Positions 21,846 to 34,736 of a DNA stretch of 36,088 bases are shown here, piece after piece (within the stretch, counting starts at the first letter, position 1; each line of letters starts with the position of its first letter). Under the pieces are notes generated by a model, which searched no databases, was not told the origin of the DNA, and was given only the letters and a program-made list of their open reading frames with translations. Source of the DNA: Chiloscyllium plagiosum (Eukaryota); NCBI RefSeq assembly GCF_004010195.1, contig NW_025214962.1, forward strand, positions 1 through 36,088, in the 5' to 3' direction. The position numbers and the translations under genes are program-made.

Positions 21846-23169
21846 ATTGAAATGTATGAATATAAACTTTGCCACACATCTGCTCCAGGCCTGAACATCT
21901 TATAAAAAGAAACCAATAGAGCTGGAAAATAAATATTTATGATTGAACCAACCCTTCCCCATCAACTCACTTCCTTTCTCTGAAAGTTGTACTATGAACT
22001 CTACTCCTGATATTAGATTTTTATGTTTCTACTGTTATCGTTGTTGCAACCAGGAATAAGCTATAGCAGTTAGTGCTAAAACACCGATGTGAAAATCTAC
22101 CGAATGTTGCTTTAAAATGTAAAACAATCATTTGGATCTTGTTAACATAGCTAATTTTATTTCTATTCTTCTGGCTGAGTGAGGGGAGCATGCATCACTG
22201 CACCGTCTCAATATTGTACAATAGTGTGAACAATGTTATCCATTCCAGGCATCAGTGATGTTATTGCATTTCAATTTTTATTACAATAAAGTAAACAATG
22301 GAGAGCAGCAAATAACTTATTTTGAAAATAAGATTCATTTGTGCATAAATTATTTCCCCCTAACATCATTATATTGTCAAGAAAAAAGATGACTCAGTGG
22401 TAGATTTTTCCATTTCTATAGAGTTCATTTTGCTTCAAATAGAATTTCCAGGTTAAATAAGCTAAACAATTGTTGATTGCTGCTTTATGTTGAACTTTTT
22501 TTTAATGTTGTGATTGTATAATTGCTGTCAGGTGCTGAAGTCTCATGTCCTATGTAGTGAGTTATTAATCGCAAATATATCATTTGAAAGGGCAATAGTG
22601 GAAGTCGGATGGGGAGAGCAAACAAAGAATCTATTTACCTGAATAGCAGCCTGAAATTAGATCATATATATATTTGTACTGCTGCTCATGACTCTGCATT
22701 GTAGAAATCAAAGCCTCCCATTGAAATGGTCGGCACTGAACTAAAAATTGAATGCACCTTTAAAAAGTCAAGCTGTTTAACAAAATGTTGATTGCCTAAG
22801 TTAGAACATGAGTGATGTATATTTTGCCATTGACTCAGATTTTACCATTGTGATTTAATACTCTACACTAAATGCATAATTTCTTTTACCTTTTTCCAGT
22901 CATCCCACCTGCCTCCTTTAAGTGGTGACTCCTGATGGGGTATAGTTGTAAAGACAGTAACAGTCAGTTGGTGTCTGGGGCTTGGTTGAATGCCAAGGTC
23001 TGTTATATTGTGGCAGAGATTCCCCACCAGATAGGCCTGTATTTTTAAGACAAGTTACATGACATCACAACATGTGACATTCCAGTATAAAGCAACACTC
23101 TTTAGTTGCCCTCACAGTGTGATGGAATTAATGTACTCTCTTCAGTCAGTCAGCAATGTGTATGTAGTT

Positions 23170-24430
23170 TTTAAAAAAATTAACTCATGAGAGGTTAATG
23201 TTGCTCGCTGGGCCACCATTTGTTGCTCCTCCCTAGTTTCCCTTGAGAAGGTGGTGAGCTGCCTTTTTGAACCATATAGTCCATTTACTGTAGTTAGACC
23301 CACAGTGCTGTTAGGGATGGAATTCCAAGATTTTGACCCAGCAATAGTGGAAGAACAGCAATATATTTCCAAGTCAGGACGGTGAATCACTTGGAGGAGA
23401 ACTTGTAGTTGGTGGTGGTGTTCCCATGTATCTGCTACCCCTGTCCTTCTAGATAGAAGTGGTCATGGGTTTGGATGGTGTTGTCTAAGGGTTTTGATGA
23501 ATTTCTGCAGTGCATCTTGTGGATAGTTTTGCTGCTATTGAGTGTTGGTGATGGAGCAAGTGAATCTCATGGATGTGATGCCAGTCAAATGGGCTACTTT
23601 GTCCTGGATGGTGTCAAGGTTTTTGAGTATTGTTGGAGCGCACCCAACCAGGCAAGTAGGGAATATTCCATCACACTCTTGACTTGTGCCTTGTAGATGA
23701 TGGACAGGCTTTGGGGATTCATGAGGTAAGTTACTCACTGCAAGATTCCAAATAACCGACCTGTTCTTATAGCCACAGTATTTACATGATTAGTCCAGTT
23801 CAAAGAGCAAAGAACATTACAGTGCAGGAACAGGCCCTTCGGCCCTACAAGCCTGTGGCGATCCAGATCCTGTATCTAAATCTGCCGTCTATTTTCTAAG
23901 GATCTATATTCCTTTGCTCCCTGTCCATTCATGTATATGTCTAGTTACATCTTAAATGACAAAATCATTCCAGTCCCTACCACCTCCGCTGGCAACGCAT
24001 TCCAGGCACTTACCACACTCTGCATAAAGAACTTTCCACGTATATCTCCCCTAAACTTTCCCCTCTCACCTTGAACTTGTGACACCTCGTAATTGAGTCC
24101 TCCACTCTAGGGAAAAAGTTTCTTGCTATCCACCCTATCTACACCTGTCATGATTTTGTAGGCCTCAATCAGGTTCTCCCCTCAACCACCTTCTTTCCAA
24201 TGAAAATAATCCTAATCTACACAACCTCTCCTCATAGCTAGCAGTCTTCATAGCAGGCAACATCCTGATGAATCTCCTCTGCACCCTCAACAAAGCATCC
24301 ATGTCCTTTTAGTAATGTGGCAACCAGAACTATATGCAATATTCCAAAAGTTCAGCTTCTAGTCACTGGTAAACCCCAGAATGCTGATAGTGGAGGAGTC
24401 AGTGAATCTAGGAACAGTGGTTAGAAGTGG
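23170..24430 (-). mobile_element. CR1/L2-group LINE 3' fragment with a nested CR1 fragment (23803-24348)
   Basis: PTILKNLDTIQDKVAHLTG; the nested copy is flanked by AGTTCA at 23797-23802 and 24349-24354. Confidence 0.75.
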
Positions 24431-25502
24431 TTCCCCTACACTGGGAAACATGCTGTCTGCATGTACCTGTCAAGCCCATTTAGGGTCTTGTGTTTCAACA
24501 AGATGAATTTTTAAGTGTGGTACATTATTGTTGGTTGTCATTGAGGAGACTAGTTAACTCTTTACCACGGATTTAATCCAATGTTCTCACCCAATTTCAC
24601 TTGAATTCTTTTGTTCAGTTCTGGTCATCATAGAAATTCAATATATAATATAGAGCGAAAAGAATCAAGATTGATGTTGAGGGAACATGTGCTGTTCTGC
24701 ACAGAGAAGGCAAGGAAATGGCAGTAGGTAAATTGCCCTTACGCAGACCATGCACGAAAATGACAGGACAAATGGCCTCCCCTGATGTGACAATTCTGTG
24801 GAGTGAAAAGGGCATTTGTTATGAGGAAAACTGTTTCACAGAAGCTTGAACTCTACAGCTCCCTGAAGTTTTTGATCATACAATGATCCCATTTCTTGGA
24901 GATTGAGATGACGTGTTGTGTGGGTGTACATTGTTCAAATGGAATTCTGTTTCCCTGCCTCCAAAAGGAAGGACCCAAGTGAAGTATGTCATTCCTGGAT
25001 TAGAATGTGAAACCATTGCTATCCTTCTGCAAGGAATTCAGCATGAATGCAATGCACATCGATGCTCTGATGGTAATCTCTGTCAGCTGCTGCAGCAAGG
25101 TCAGAGGTGAAAATGTATAGTCCAGGTTGAGACTTCATACAGGATTTGTAACACCATACCTGTATGCGGAAGCCCATTTGTATCTATTTTTTAAATTTCT
25201 TTTTAATTGAACTTGGTGAGCTTCTTCCTTCAGTCTGAGAACTGAAGCAAGGTTAGTGAATATCATCCAGCTTATTTGATAATATCAGTTTCAAGGAAAA
25301 GTCTTGAAATCTGTTTCTGCTATTTCTGAGAGAAATCCACTGCTTCCATTGACAGATAGCTGTGATATTCGTGGATTCTCTCTTGACAATCCTAGTGCAT
25401 GCTGCTCACCATCTTGAATAATAGTTGAAACAATGAGATAAGATGGTAAGTATACCACATGCTCCAGAAGAAGATTTAGATTTTTTAATAAAAGATTTTG
25501 GA

Positions 25503-28500
25503 GGGGAATTCAAGATGGCAGCGATCTAACAGGTCTGTCTTGCTGAGCTCCACACCATAAACCTCCCCTTACTCGACATTTTTGTAAAAATCGGTAATGT
25601 AAAGTCCCCAGAATTTCTAAATATCACTTTTCAGGAAGATAACTAAAGGAAAGGTGCTCCATGGATCGCAATATGCAGGGCACTCCCCTGCAGCAATAGG
25701 TGCACCGTGGAAGTGCCTTTGAACTTACCTGAGCAGCACAGTTTTGTTTCTGAGTTCATCAAACTCCGAGAGAAGATTGAAACAGCACTGGAGAAGTCCC
25801 GGACCAGACTGGAACCAATCTCGGCCATGCTACCAAAGCATGAGTGGGAGATCCAACATCTCAGGCAACGTGTAGAGGACTGTGGTGCTGGAGACCGCGG
25901 CAGAATCCTCGGCAGGGTGGATTCAGGTCCTGGAAAAGCAGGTGTGGGCCTTAATCGAGCAGGTCGACGACTTCGAGAATCGAGGTTGGGGGAAAAAAAT
26001 CCACATTATCGGGTTGCCGAAACGCGAAGAGGGAGATCAGCAGGTCAGCTTTCCTGGAACAATGGTTCCCGCAGCTCCTGGGACTGGGAGCAGAATCGGG
26101 TCAGTGTGAGTTGAATGGGCTCACCGCATTGTGGTGTGCGCAGACCCGGATCGGAGCAGCGCCCCTGCCCGGTCGTAGCTCGATTTCAATGTTACAGAGA
26201 CAAACAAATGGTTATGGAAGCTTCCAGAACATTGGGGAAAGATCCACAGGCCCTGATTTACAAGGGGTCGAAAAAATGTTTCTTCAGGACTTTACTGGGG
26301 CTGTAATCCAAAAGAGAAAATCTATAATGAAGTAAAGAAGAGGCTGAGAGACTTGAACATTCAATATTCTGTAAGATATCCGGCAGTGTTGCACTTCAGC
26401 CACAGCGGGTCCATGCATAATTTTGATTCAGCAGAGAGGGCAAAAGATTTCCTAGATACTTTAAAACAGACTGGTTGAGTTCAATACTACGAATAATAGT
26501 GTTTCCTTTGTTCTCTCTGTTGTTTACTCTGTCAGCCTGGCTTTGTTTCTGTCATATATGGGGTTGCTTCTTCTTTCCCTTTCTTGTTACTTTTGCTAGT
26601 CCCTTTTTTTTTCTGGTTGCGCTGGTAATTTATTTTATTAACAACAAGTGGGATCGATGTGTGGGTTGGATGGGTTGGATGCCCACTTTTAATTTCTATG
26701 TGTATAAGAAATGTGTTTTCTTTGTTTCTGTTTAATCTGTGTTTGGGGCTTTGGCCAGAAGGAGCCATAGAGGTGTTAGTGAGTAGGGTAAGTGCCCCTC
26801 TGGGCAAAGGGGAGAGTCTCCACTTATTTGTTTTTTTTGTTGTTTTAGGAATAGTTATTAGAATTTTTGCTTTGTTATTGTTTGTAGTTGTATTTTTTTA
26901 GATTTTATGAATCTTTGCTTCTCTCCACTCAGCACATTTATGAATAGGGTTCTTCCTCTTGGGGGGGTCACAGGCCACTTTAGACAGTTATGGCTAGTTA
27001 TTGGTTTAGATGGTGCACCTGGAACATAAAGGGGAGTCACTCACCGGTTAAAAGAAAGAAAGTGCTCTCAAGTCTCAGAAAGGAGAGAGTTGATGCTGTT
27101 CTGTTATAAGAAGCTCACTTAGATGATAAGGAGCATCTAATGTTACAGCAGGGAATGTTCGGCCAGGTGTTCTTCTCATCTTTAATTTCAAAAGCAGAGG
27201 AATTGCTATACTAATGTAGAAGAATCTACCATTCCAGTTGATAGACCAAATTAAGGATGAGCATGGGCAATTTGTGATTCTCAAAGCCCTAATACATGGG
27301 GAGGAGTATGGCATTTTGAATGTCTACTGCCCCCTGGCACAATCCCTCAAATTTTTAACTCATGCACTTTCCAGCTGATAGCCCTTGGAATGCGCCACCT
27401 GATTATAGAGGAAGACTTCAACTGTCTTATGGATCCCAAGTTGGGTTTTTCAGGCATCTCCCCACAATCCAAACAGTCGGTGCGCCTCTGTGGGGAGTTG
27501 GGGTTGGTGAATGTGTGGAGATGTCTTCACCCTAAGGGAAGAGATTTTACTTTCTTCTCCAACCATCTCAAGTGCCACACAAGATTCGATACGTTTTCTT
27601 GCCCTGGTGACTTTTTTGGATTCAGCACTAACCTGTAAGATTGGGAAAATAACCATTTTGGACCATGCGGCAGTGTATTTGGAGTTTAAGATCAGGGAAA
27701 ACGGGACAGGTATGTGGCATTGCCTCATGGATTCTGCTCTCTTGAAAGACAGGAAGTTCATTGAGTATTTCACAAGGGCGTTTAAGACTTTCTAGGATAT
27801 TAATTCAGGTACGGCCAGTAACCCATCAGTGCTCTGGGAGACTGCCAAAGTTTATTCAAGGGGTACAATTGTCTCGTACTCAACAACCCTGAAGAGACAG
27901 AGGGGAGAGCAACAGCACATACTTGAGGCCCGGTTAAAGGCAGTTGAGACGGCATATTTTGACAGGCTGTCTGTGACAAAGTTACAGCGGATTACAGCAT
28001 TCCAGGCTGCTCTGAACTCCATGCTTACCCAGGCAGCGAAGGAAGAGGTGTCATTTGTGAAACAAAGACTACTTGAGCATGGCGATCAGCCAGGTAGATA
28101 CTTGGCATATCAGGCCAGGAAGAAAAGCACTTCTCAATCTATTATGTCTTTTAGAGAGGGTACTGGTGCTCCCACTTGTGAGTCCCAAAGGGTCAATGCA
28201 GCATTTAGGAAATTTTATGCAGAGTTATACTGGTCAGAGGTCTGTGAGAATGGGTTGGCAAGGATGAAGTCCTTTTTTTGAGAACTTGGATCTTCCAGGT
28301 CTGACTTTGGAGCAGCCTCCATTTTGAATCCTCCTCTGACAACACAAGAGATACAAGAGGCGGCAAAGTAGCTCCAAAGTGGCAAAGTGCCTGGCCTTGA
28401 TGGATTCCCAAGTGAGTTTTATAAGGAGTTTATAAACATGTTGGCCGAACCAATGTTGGGCATGTATAACCATTCATACAGTCAGGACTGCCTCCCGCCC

Positions 28501-31045
28501 TCTCTCTCTCTGGGAAGCTAATATTTCCCTTATTCTTAAGAGAAGGAAAGATCCTGAGGACTGTGCCTCATATAGACCCTCTCGCTGTCAAATGTGGATT
28601 TTAAAATTCTGTCTAAAATGTTAGCGTTGAGGCTGGAGAAAGTATTGCCTTCTGTTGTAAAGGAGAAGCAGACAGGTTTCATTAGTGATCACAGCTCCTC
28701 TAACAACATCAGAAGAATGTTGAATATGGTCCATGTGTGCCAGGTAAGGTCGATCCCAGGCTTGGTTGTCTCCCTAAATGCAGAAAAAACGTTTGATTGG
28801 GTGGAATGGCCGTGCCTTTTTTATGTGGGGGGGGGGGGGTCTCCGCCAGGTGGGTGATAGTGTTGTATAGCGATCCCATGGCAGCGGTTCTCACAAATGG
28901 CATAAAATCAGACAATTTTAGTATTGGTAGAGGCATCCGACCAGGGTGCCCCCTTTCACCACTGCTGTTTACTTCAGTGATCGAACTGCTGGCAGAGACT
29001 ATTCAGAGGGACCCCAAAATAGTTGCTTGAAAAGTGGGAATAGGAGAGTATAAAATCACTCCCTATGCAGACAATGTCCTTTTCTTTCTGGCTGACCTGA
29101 CAATGTCTGTGCCCTATTTAATACAAATTTATTTGGCTGTTTTTCAGGATATAAAATTAATTTTACAAAATCGGAGGCCATACTCATGGGGGGTCTCATG
29201 GGAGTACCTGACCTTGAAGATGAAACTCGATTTCCTTTTAAGTGGTCACAGGGAGGTTTCCTATTTTAGATGTTTTCATCACCTCCGCCTTTCACTGACT
29301 GTACACAGCTACTTTTGTACAATTGCTCGGGAAGATAAGACAAGACCTTCAGCATTGGGAGGTGCTACCAATATCCTGGTTGGGTCGAATAGCCCTGATA
29401 AAAATGAATGATCTTCCTCGTCTACTATACCCCATGCGAATACTCCCTCTGGTGCTACCTAGACAAATGCAGCAGAGACTTAATGGTTGACTTGGATCTT
29501 TCATTTGGCACTGCAGGCACCCTCTTATTATGTTTGTGAAGCTACAGCTTCCACAGGGTAGACCCCCCAGACTTCAAAAGTTGTCAAATAAGTTCTTTAT
29601 TGTCTTATGTGAATTATTGGGCTTGTCAGGATCCGAGGTCAATATGGCTCGATATTGAGGCCTCCCGGGCAAAATGGCCCCTTACTAATTTCCTATTTAT
29701 GGACAGAATGAGAACTGTCGCGGAGTATTGTAAAAGTCTGACTATCATTAACACGGTCAAAGCATGGAGAATGATGCGACAGAGCTAGAGTAATTTACAT
29801 AAGACCTCTCTGCTCGCCTCTATAGTAGGAATACCAGGATTTAGGCCAGGATTGATGGATTCCAGCATTAAGTTAGGAGAGTCTCCTGTTTGGGGAGACC
29901 TATTTGAAAGGGAGGTCATGATGTATTTTGATCAGCTGAGTCATAAATATGGATTATCCAGTAGGGACCTCTTCTTCTATTTTCAGATCAGGGACTTTAT
30001 ACAGAAAAGGACCACGCTATTGGTTTATCCGTAATAAGTCTGACGTGGAGAGGAGAGTGCTTTGATCCATGGGCACTTTCTTGATTAGTATCCTCTATCA
30101 TTTACAGGGGACGGGGTGCCTCAGAAGATATTGAAAGATTTTACAGAATGTAAAATCAAGAATTGGGAGCAGAAATTTCGTCAGATGTTTGGGAGGATAT
30201 CTGGGAGAATATGAAAAAGATTTCAATTTGTAATAAAATGCAGGCTATGCAACTAAAGATTTTCCACAGGGCCCATTTGGCCCCAGAGCTGCTAGCAAAA
30301 TTTTAAAATCTCCAAAGTGCCTGAAATGTAAAACAGACATTGGTATTCTCACACATTGCTTGTGGTCGTGCCATAAGATTCGTAGATATTGGGATGCCAT
30401 AGCAAATGTGTTGCAGGAGATCTTGGGGACTGAGGTTAATGCAGATCTGGTATCCCTCCTTCTGGGATCACTGAATCTACCTTCTCTGGATGAGCATGGG
30501 ACGAAACTGTTTAACATTCTTACATATTGTGTGAGGAAGAACATTCTGATGAGCTGGCCCAGGCCTTTCGGGATGAAATAGGTTAGTGATGGAGCATGTT
30601 CCCCTAGACTTCCTTACTGTACGGTGCACCAGAAAATGGAACATTTTTATAAGACATGGCAGCCCTTTTTGAATCAGATAGACACAGACTTGTCAGCCAT
30701 ACTGATTAGGGTCTTTATGTAGCCACAAGGGCTGTTTTTGGCAGGCCTAGGACCCTGAGAGGAAGAATTGAGAATAAATACAGGTATGTAACTGATGCTC
30801 CCGATGATGGGAGCTTCAGCGGGTTGGCGCTGAGTGGTGTAAGTTAAGTTAGTTTAGTTCAACCCAATTTAATTTAACATGTCTAATTATTTATTGAATT
30901 ATAGTATAGAAGATTGTTCTTTTTCTTTTGGCATTTTTGATTTGTTTTGTAGAGTAATAGTTAGATTACTGTTATTGTTGTTGTACCATAAGATTGTTAT
31001 GCTATTTTGTAATTTTATAATTTTGTAAAAAAACCTCTTTTAATA
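25503..31045 (+). mobile_element. Full-length, inactivated L1-clade LINE (5'UTR, ORF1 ~25650-26478, long inter-ORF spacer, ORF2 ~27000-30722, T-rich 3'UTR)
   Basis: ORF1 DDFENRGWGKKIHIIGLP, ARFQCYRDK, FLQDF. ORF2 endonuclease EDFNCLMDP..WRCLHP..FTFFS, LWETAK; RT DFKILSKMLALRL, LNAEKTFD, RGIRPGCPLSPLLF, YADNVL; Zn-knuckle CLKC..HCLWSC. TSD AAAAGATTTTGGA at 25490-25502 and 31046-31058. Confidence 0.95.
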
Positions 31046-31381
31046 AAAAGATTTTGGAATTAGTCAGCAAGTCAGGCAGCATCTGTGATGAGAGTTACCA
31101 CACTAACATGGATCGTATGGTTTGGCTATGGCTGAACTGTGCTTCTGGATTTGGGTAAGTGCAGTGCGTTCTTCACTTCACTTTTTGAAAAAGGCCAAAC
31201 AGGAAGATCCTACATTTCAAGGTTGGAAAAATGGAAATCACAGATGAGTATTTCTTGGAAGTGACTGGAGTCTGCCTCCTGGATGGATTGCGCCTTTTTT
31301 AGGGAATGCCAGCTGAAATGAGTGTCCGTCAGGTACTTTAATGTGCAGCCGCAGGCCTGACCAAGAGTTAGGACTTGGGGT

Positions 31382-31441
31382 GGACATCGCCTACTATCTA
31401 TTGTATAAAAAGGACATCGCCTACTATCTATTGTATAAAAA
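31382..31441. repeat. Exact 30-bp tandem duplication
   Basis: GGACATCGCCTACTATCTATTGTATAAAAA occurs twice in tandem. Confidence 0.95.
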
Positions 31442-31881
31442 TCTAAGGGTCAGAATGAGTTAATATTCGGGAATGCCTTAAATACCACCTACTATGATGA
31501 TGTCACACGGATTCATGAGGGAGCAACCTCAGATCTCAAAAGATAAACAGTCCAGATCTTTCTCATCATTTCTGTAACAATGCCTATCACATCAATTTAG
31601 TTTGTGCTTAATTGCTAAAATGCATAAACTGCATATCATTACAGACAAGAGGCACTTCTTATTAGACTACCTAATGGTTAACCTTTGGAACACCAAATGG
31701 CCTCTGTAGATTCCTGTTGGAAAAGAGGCTGGGGAATCAAACCCTACCCCAAGAGCAGACAGTCTCATACAATATGGTCTGTGATGAGGATTGCTCACAC
31801 AGCACCCTGCTGGGTGAACAACAGCAGCAGTGCAGTGAAGTGCTTGAGTTAGCGTTTAAATGTCACCGTTCCACCATAGAC

Positions 31882-32410
31882 TTAGAGTCATAGAGTCATA
31901 CAGCATGGAAACAAACCCTTTGGTCCAACTTGTCCTTGCTGACCAGATATCTTGAATTAATCTAGTCCCATTTGCCAGTATTTGGCTCATATCCTTTCCT
32001 ATTCTTGTACCCATCCAGATGCCTTTTAAATATTGTGATTGTCCCAGCCTCCACCACTTTCTCTGGCAACTCATTCCATACACATGCCACTCTCTGTGTG
32101 AAAATGTTGCCCCTTAGGTCCATGGTAAATCTCTTCCCTTTCGCCTTTAACCTGTGCCCTCTAGTTTTGGACTCCCCCACCCTGAGAAAATGACCATGGC
32201 TATACACCCTATCCAGTGACTTCGATAAGGTCACTCCCCTCTAAGCCTCCAACGCTCCAGGGAAAATAGCCCCATCCAATTCAGCCTCTCCCTCAAGTTT
32301 AATCATGTCTTTCCTGTAGCAGGGAGACCAGAATTGAAAGGCAGTATTCCAAAAGTGGTCTAACCAATGTCCTGTATAGCCATAACATCACATCCCAACT
32401 CCTATACCCA
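31882..32410 (-). mobile_element. CR1/HER1-type LINE 3' fragment
   Basis: GESKTRGHRL..FTQRVACVWNELP; (GACTCTAT)n-type tail. Confidence 0.9.
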
Positions 32411-32704
32411 ATGTGAGATGAGGTAAATCCTGAGATATTAATGCATGTAAATAGGCCTCTGATACTCACTCGTGAGATTCTTACTTAACTGTTAAACCTT
32501 AGGTGGAGTGTCTGAGTTTTTTCTTGATACCAGCAATCTCATTTTTCTATTCTCAACATATTTTCCCAACTGTCTTGCAATTGCCCATAACATCCAGAAC
32601 CTGGAAAACTTCCTCCTTATGTCTCTCTTTCTTAACCCACCCAATATTGAAATATAAAATTAAACTTAAAGTGGCCACTGTTGGAACATTGCGTGCAATT
32701 TGAA

Positions 32705-33190
32705 AAATTTCAGAAAAGATTTTACAAGGATGTTGCCAGGATTAGAAGATTTGAGCTATAGGGAGAGGTTAAATAGGCTAGGGCTGTTTTCCCTGGAATG
32801 TCAGAGGCTGAGGGGTGACCTAATAAAGGTTTATAAAATCATGAGGGGCATGGATAGGAAAAATAAACAAAGTCTTTTCCCTGGGGTAGGGGAGTCCAGA
32901 ACTAGAGGGCATAGGTTTAGGGTGAGAGGGGAAAGATATAAGAGACCTAAGGGGCAACTTTTCACTCAGAGGGTGGTACGTGCATGGAATGAGCTGCCAG
33001 AGGAAGTGGTGGAGGCTGGTACAATTGCAACAGTTAAGAGGCATTTGGATGGGTATATGAATAGGAAGGATTTGGAGGGATATGGGCCAAGTGCTGACAG
33101 GTGGGATTAGATTGGGTTGGGATATCTGGTTGGCATGGATGAGTTGGACTGAAGGGTTTGTTTCCATGCTGTACATCTCTATGACTCTAT
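32705..33190 (+). mobile_element. CR1/HER1-type LINE 3' fragment
   Basis: FTRMLPGLEDLSYRERLNRLGLFSLE..WNELPEEVVEA; tail ctctatgactctat. Confidence 0.93.
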
Positions 33191-33214
33191 ACGTGGTTCT
33201 GTTGACATTAGAAC

Positions 33215-34030
33215 GCAAATAATAACAATGTATGAATCTTTATCACACCTCCCCATGGTTGTATTCTAGTTCCCTTGCAATAAATGATAACATTCTGTTG
33301 GCTTTCCTAACCATGTGCTGTGCTTTCTGTGATTCAAGCACCCCGGCACTCAGATTCCTCTGCACCTCTGTGATCCGCAGTCTTCCACCATTTACATAAT
33401 AAGCTTATTTTTTATTCTTCCTGCCAAAATGGATAATTTTACATTTTCCCAGATTATACTCTATTTGCCTGATCTCTGTCCACTCACCAAACATCTGTAT
33501 CTCTTTCACAGAAATTGCTGGAAAAGCTCAGCAGATCTGGCAGCAAATGTGAAGAGAAATCAGAACCACAGCTTTGGATCTGGTGACCAGCCCCACCGCC
33601 GGCTCCCAGAACTTATGAGGAAAGGTCTCCAGACTTGAAACATCAGCTGTGACCCCCCCCCCTCACAGATGCCGCCAGACCTGCTGAGGTTTTCAAGTAA
33701 CTTCTGTTTTTATTTTTGATTTACAACATCCACAGTTCTTTTGCTTTTTACCTGTATCCCTTTGTAGCCTCCTGACGTTCTCTTCACAATTTACTTTCCT
33801 ATCTATCTATATTTACGTCATTAGCTTTAGTCCTTCATTCAAGTTATTTATATAAATTGTTAATCATTGAAACTCCAGCACTGATTCCTGTGGCACACCT
33901 CTCATCACATCTTGCCAACTAGAAAATGATTTTTGATACCTACCACTTCCAATTAGCTAGCTAATCTTATATGCAGGCCAATAAGTTACCCCCGAGACCA
34001 TGAGCTTTCATTTTCCACAATGACCTTTAA
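33215..34030 (-). mobile_element. Old CR1 RT fragment interrupted by a PLE hairpin
   Basis: Degenerate RKANRMLSFIAR-like and GVPQESVL-like motifs on the minus strand. Confidence 0.6.
33507..33751. mobile_element. Penelope-like pseudo-LTR inverted pair with TSD
   Basis: cagaaattgctggaaaagctcagcagatctggcagca is mirrored by tgccgccagacctgctgaggttttcaagtaacttctg; degenerate hammerhead at ~33612-33645; TSD CTGTATCYCTTT at 33495-33506 and 33752-33763. Confidence 0.7.
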
Positions 34031-34039
34031 TATGGCACC

Positions 34040-34330
34040 TTTTTTAATTCAGTTGTTGGACGTGGCATTGCTGGGTGACCAGCATTTATTTCCCATCCTG
34101 GTTGCGCTTGAGAATATAGTGGTGAGTTGTCTTCTTGAACCGCTGCAGTACATACGCTGTAGGTAACCCATAGAAAGGGAACACCAGAATTTTGACTAGT
34201 CCCAGTGATAGTGAAGTAATGGTGATATATTTCCAAGTCAGGATTGGGAGTGGCTTGGAAGGGAATTTGCGCATAGTAGTGTTCCTGTATATTTGTTGCC
34301 TTTGTCCTTTAATTGAAGCAAAGGTGGAAT
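34040..34330 (-). mobile_element. CR1/L2-group LINE 3' end, same family as 23170
   Basis: Shares gatatatttccaagtcagga and the 3' tail with 23170-23460. Confidence 0.7.
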
Positions 34331-34736
34331 GCATAGCGCCAGCACTTACCAATCAGTCTCCTGGTTAAATACCTTGCGTCCAAGCTCACTTCAGGGCAGA
34401 AGCCACTAAATTCCAACCTCATTGTGTGGATTTGTTAGCAACATGGCAAAATCTCTGAAATGATATCTTCCGTGCATCCCAGTGGATCAAGTTGATTTAC
34501 ACCTTCTCTGTTTTACCTTGTGGAGTTTCAACAGTAATATACAGCATAACAGTTCAAATTGGATGATAGGCTGCCTTATTTGGTGGATGAATGACATCTG
34601 TTCAGATACTTTTAAACAGAATAAATAAACACAGATGCTAGAAATCTGAAACAAAAATAAAAATCACTGAAAATTCTACCAGTGAGGTCACTTTTGGAGT
34701 GAATAATTAATGTTCAAATTTGTTTCAATTTGTTTT

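Noticed and set aside
22190..22265. miRNA or C/D snoRNA hairpin
   Set aside because: Only an 8-9 bp terminal stem, with no extended pairing or properly placed C and D boxes.
26475..26901. Hydrophobic ORFs in the L1 inter-ORF region as a possible extra membrane protein
   Set aside because: Explained by T-rich low-complexity composition; overlapping frames look equally hydrophobic.
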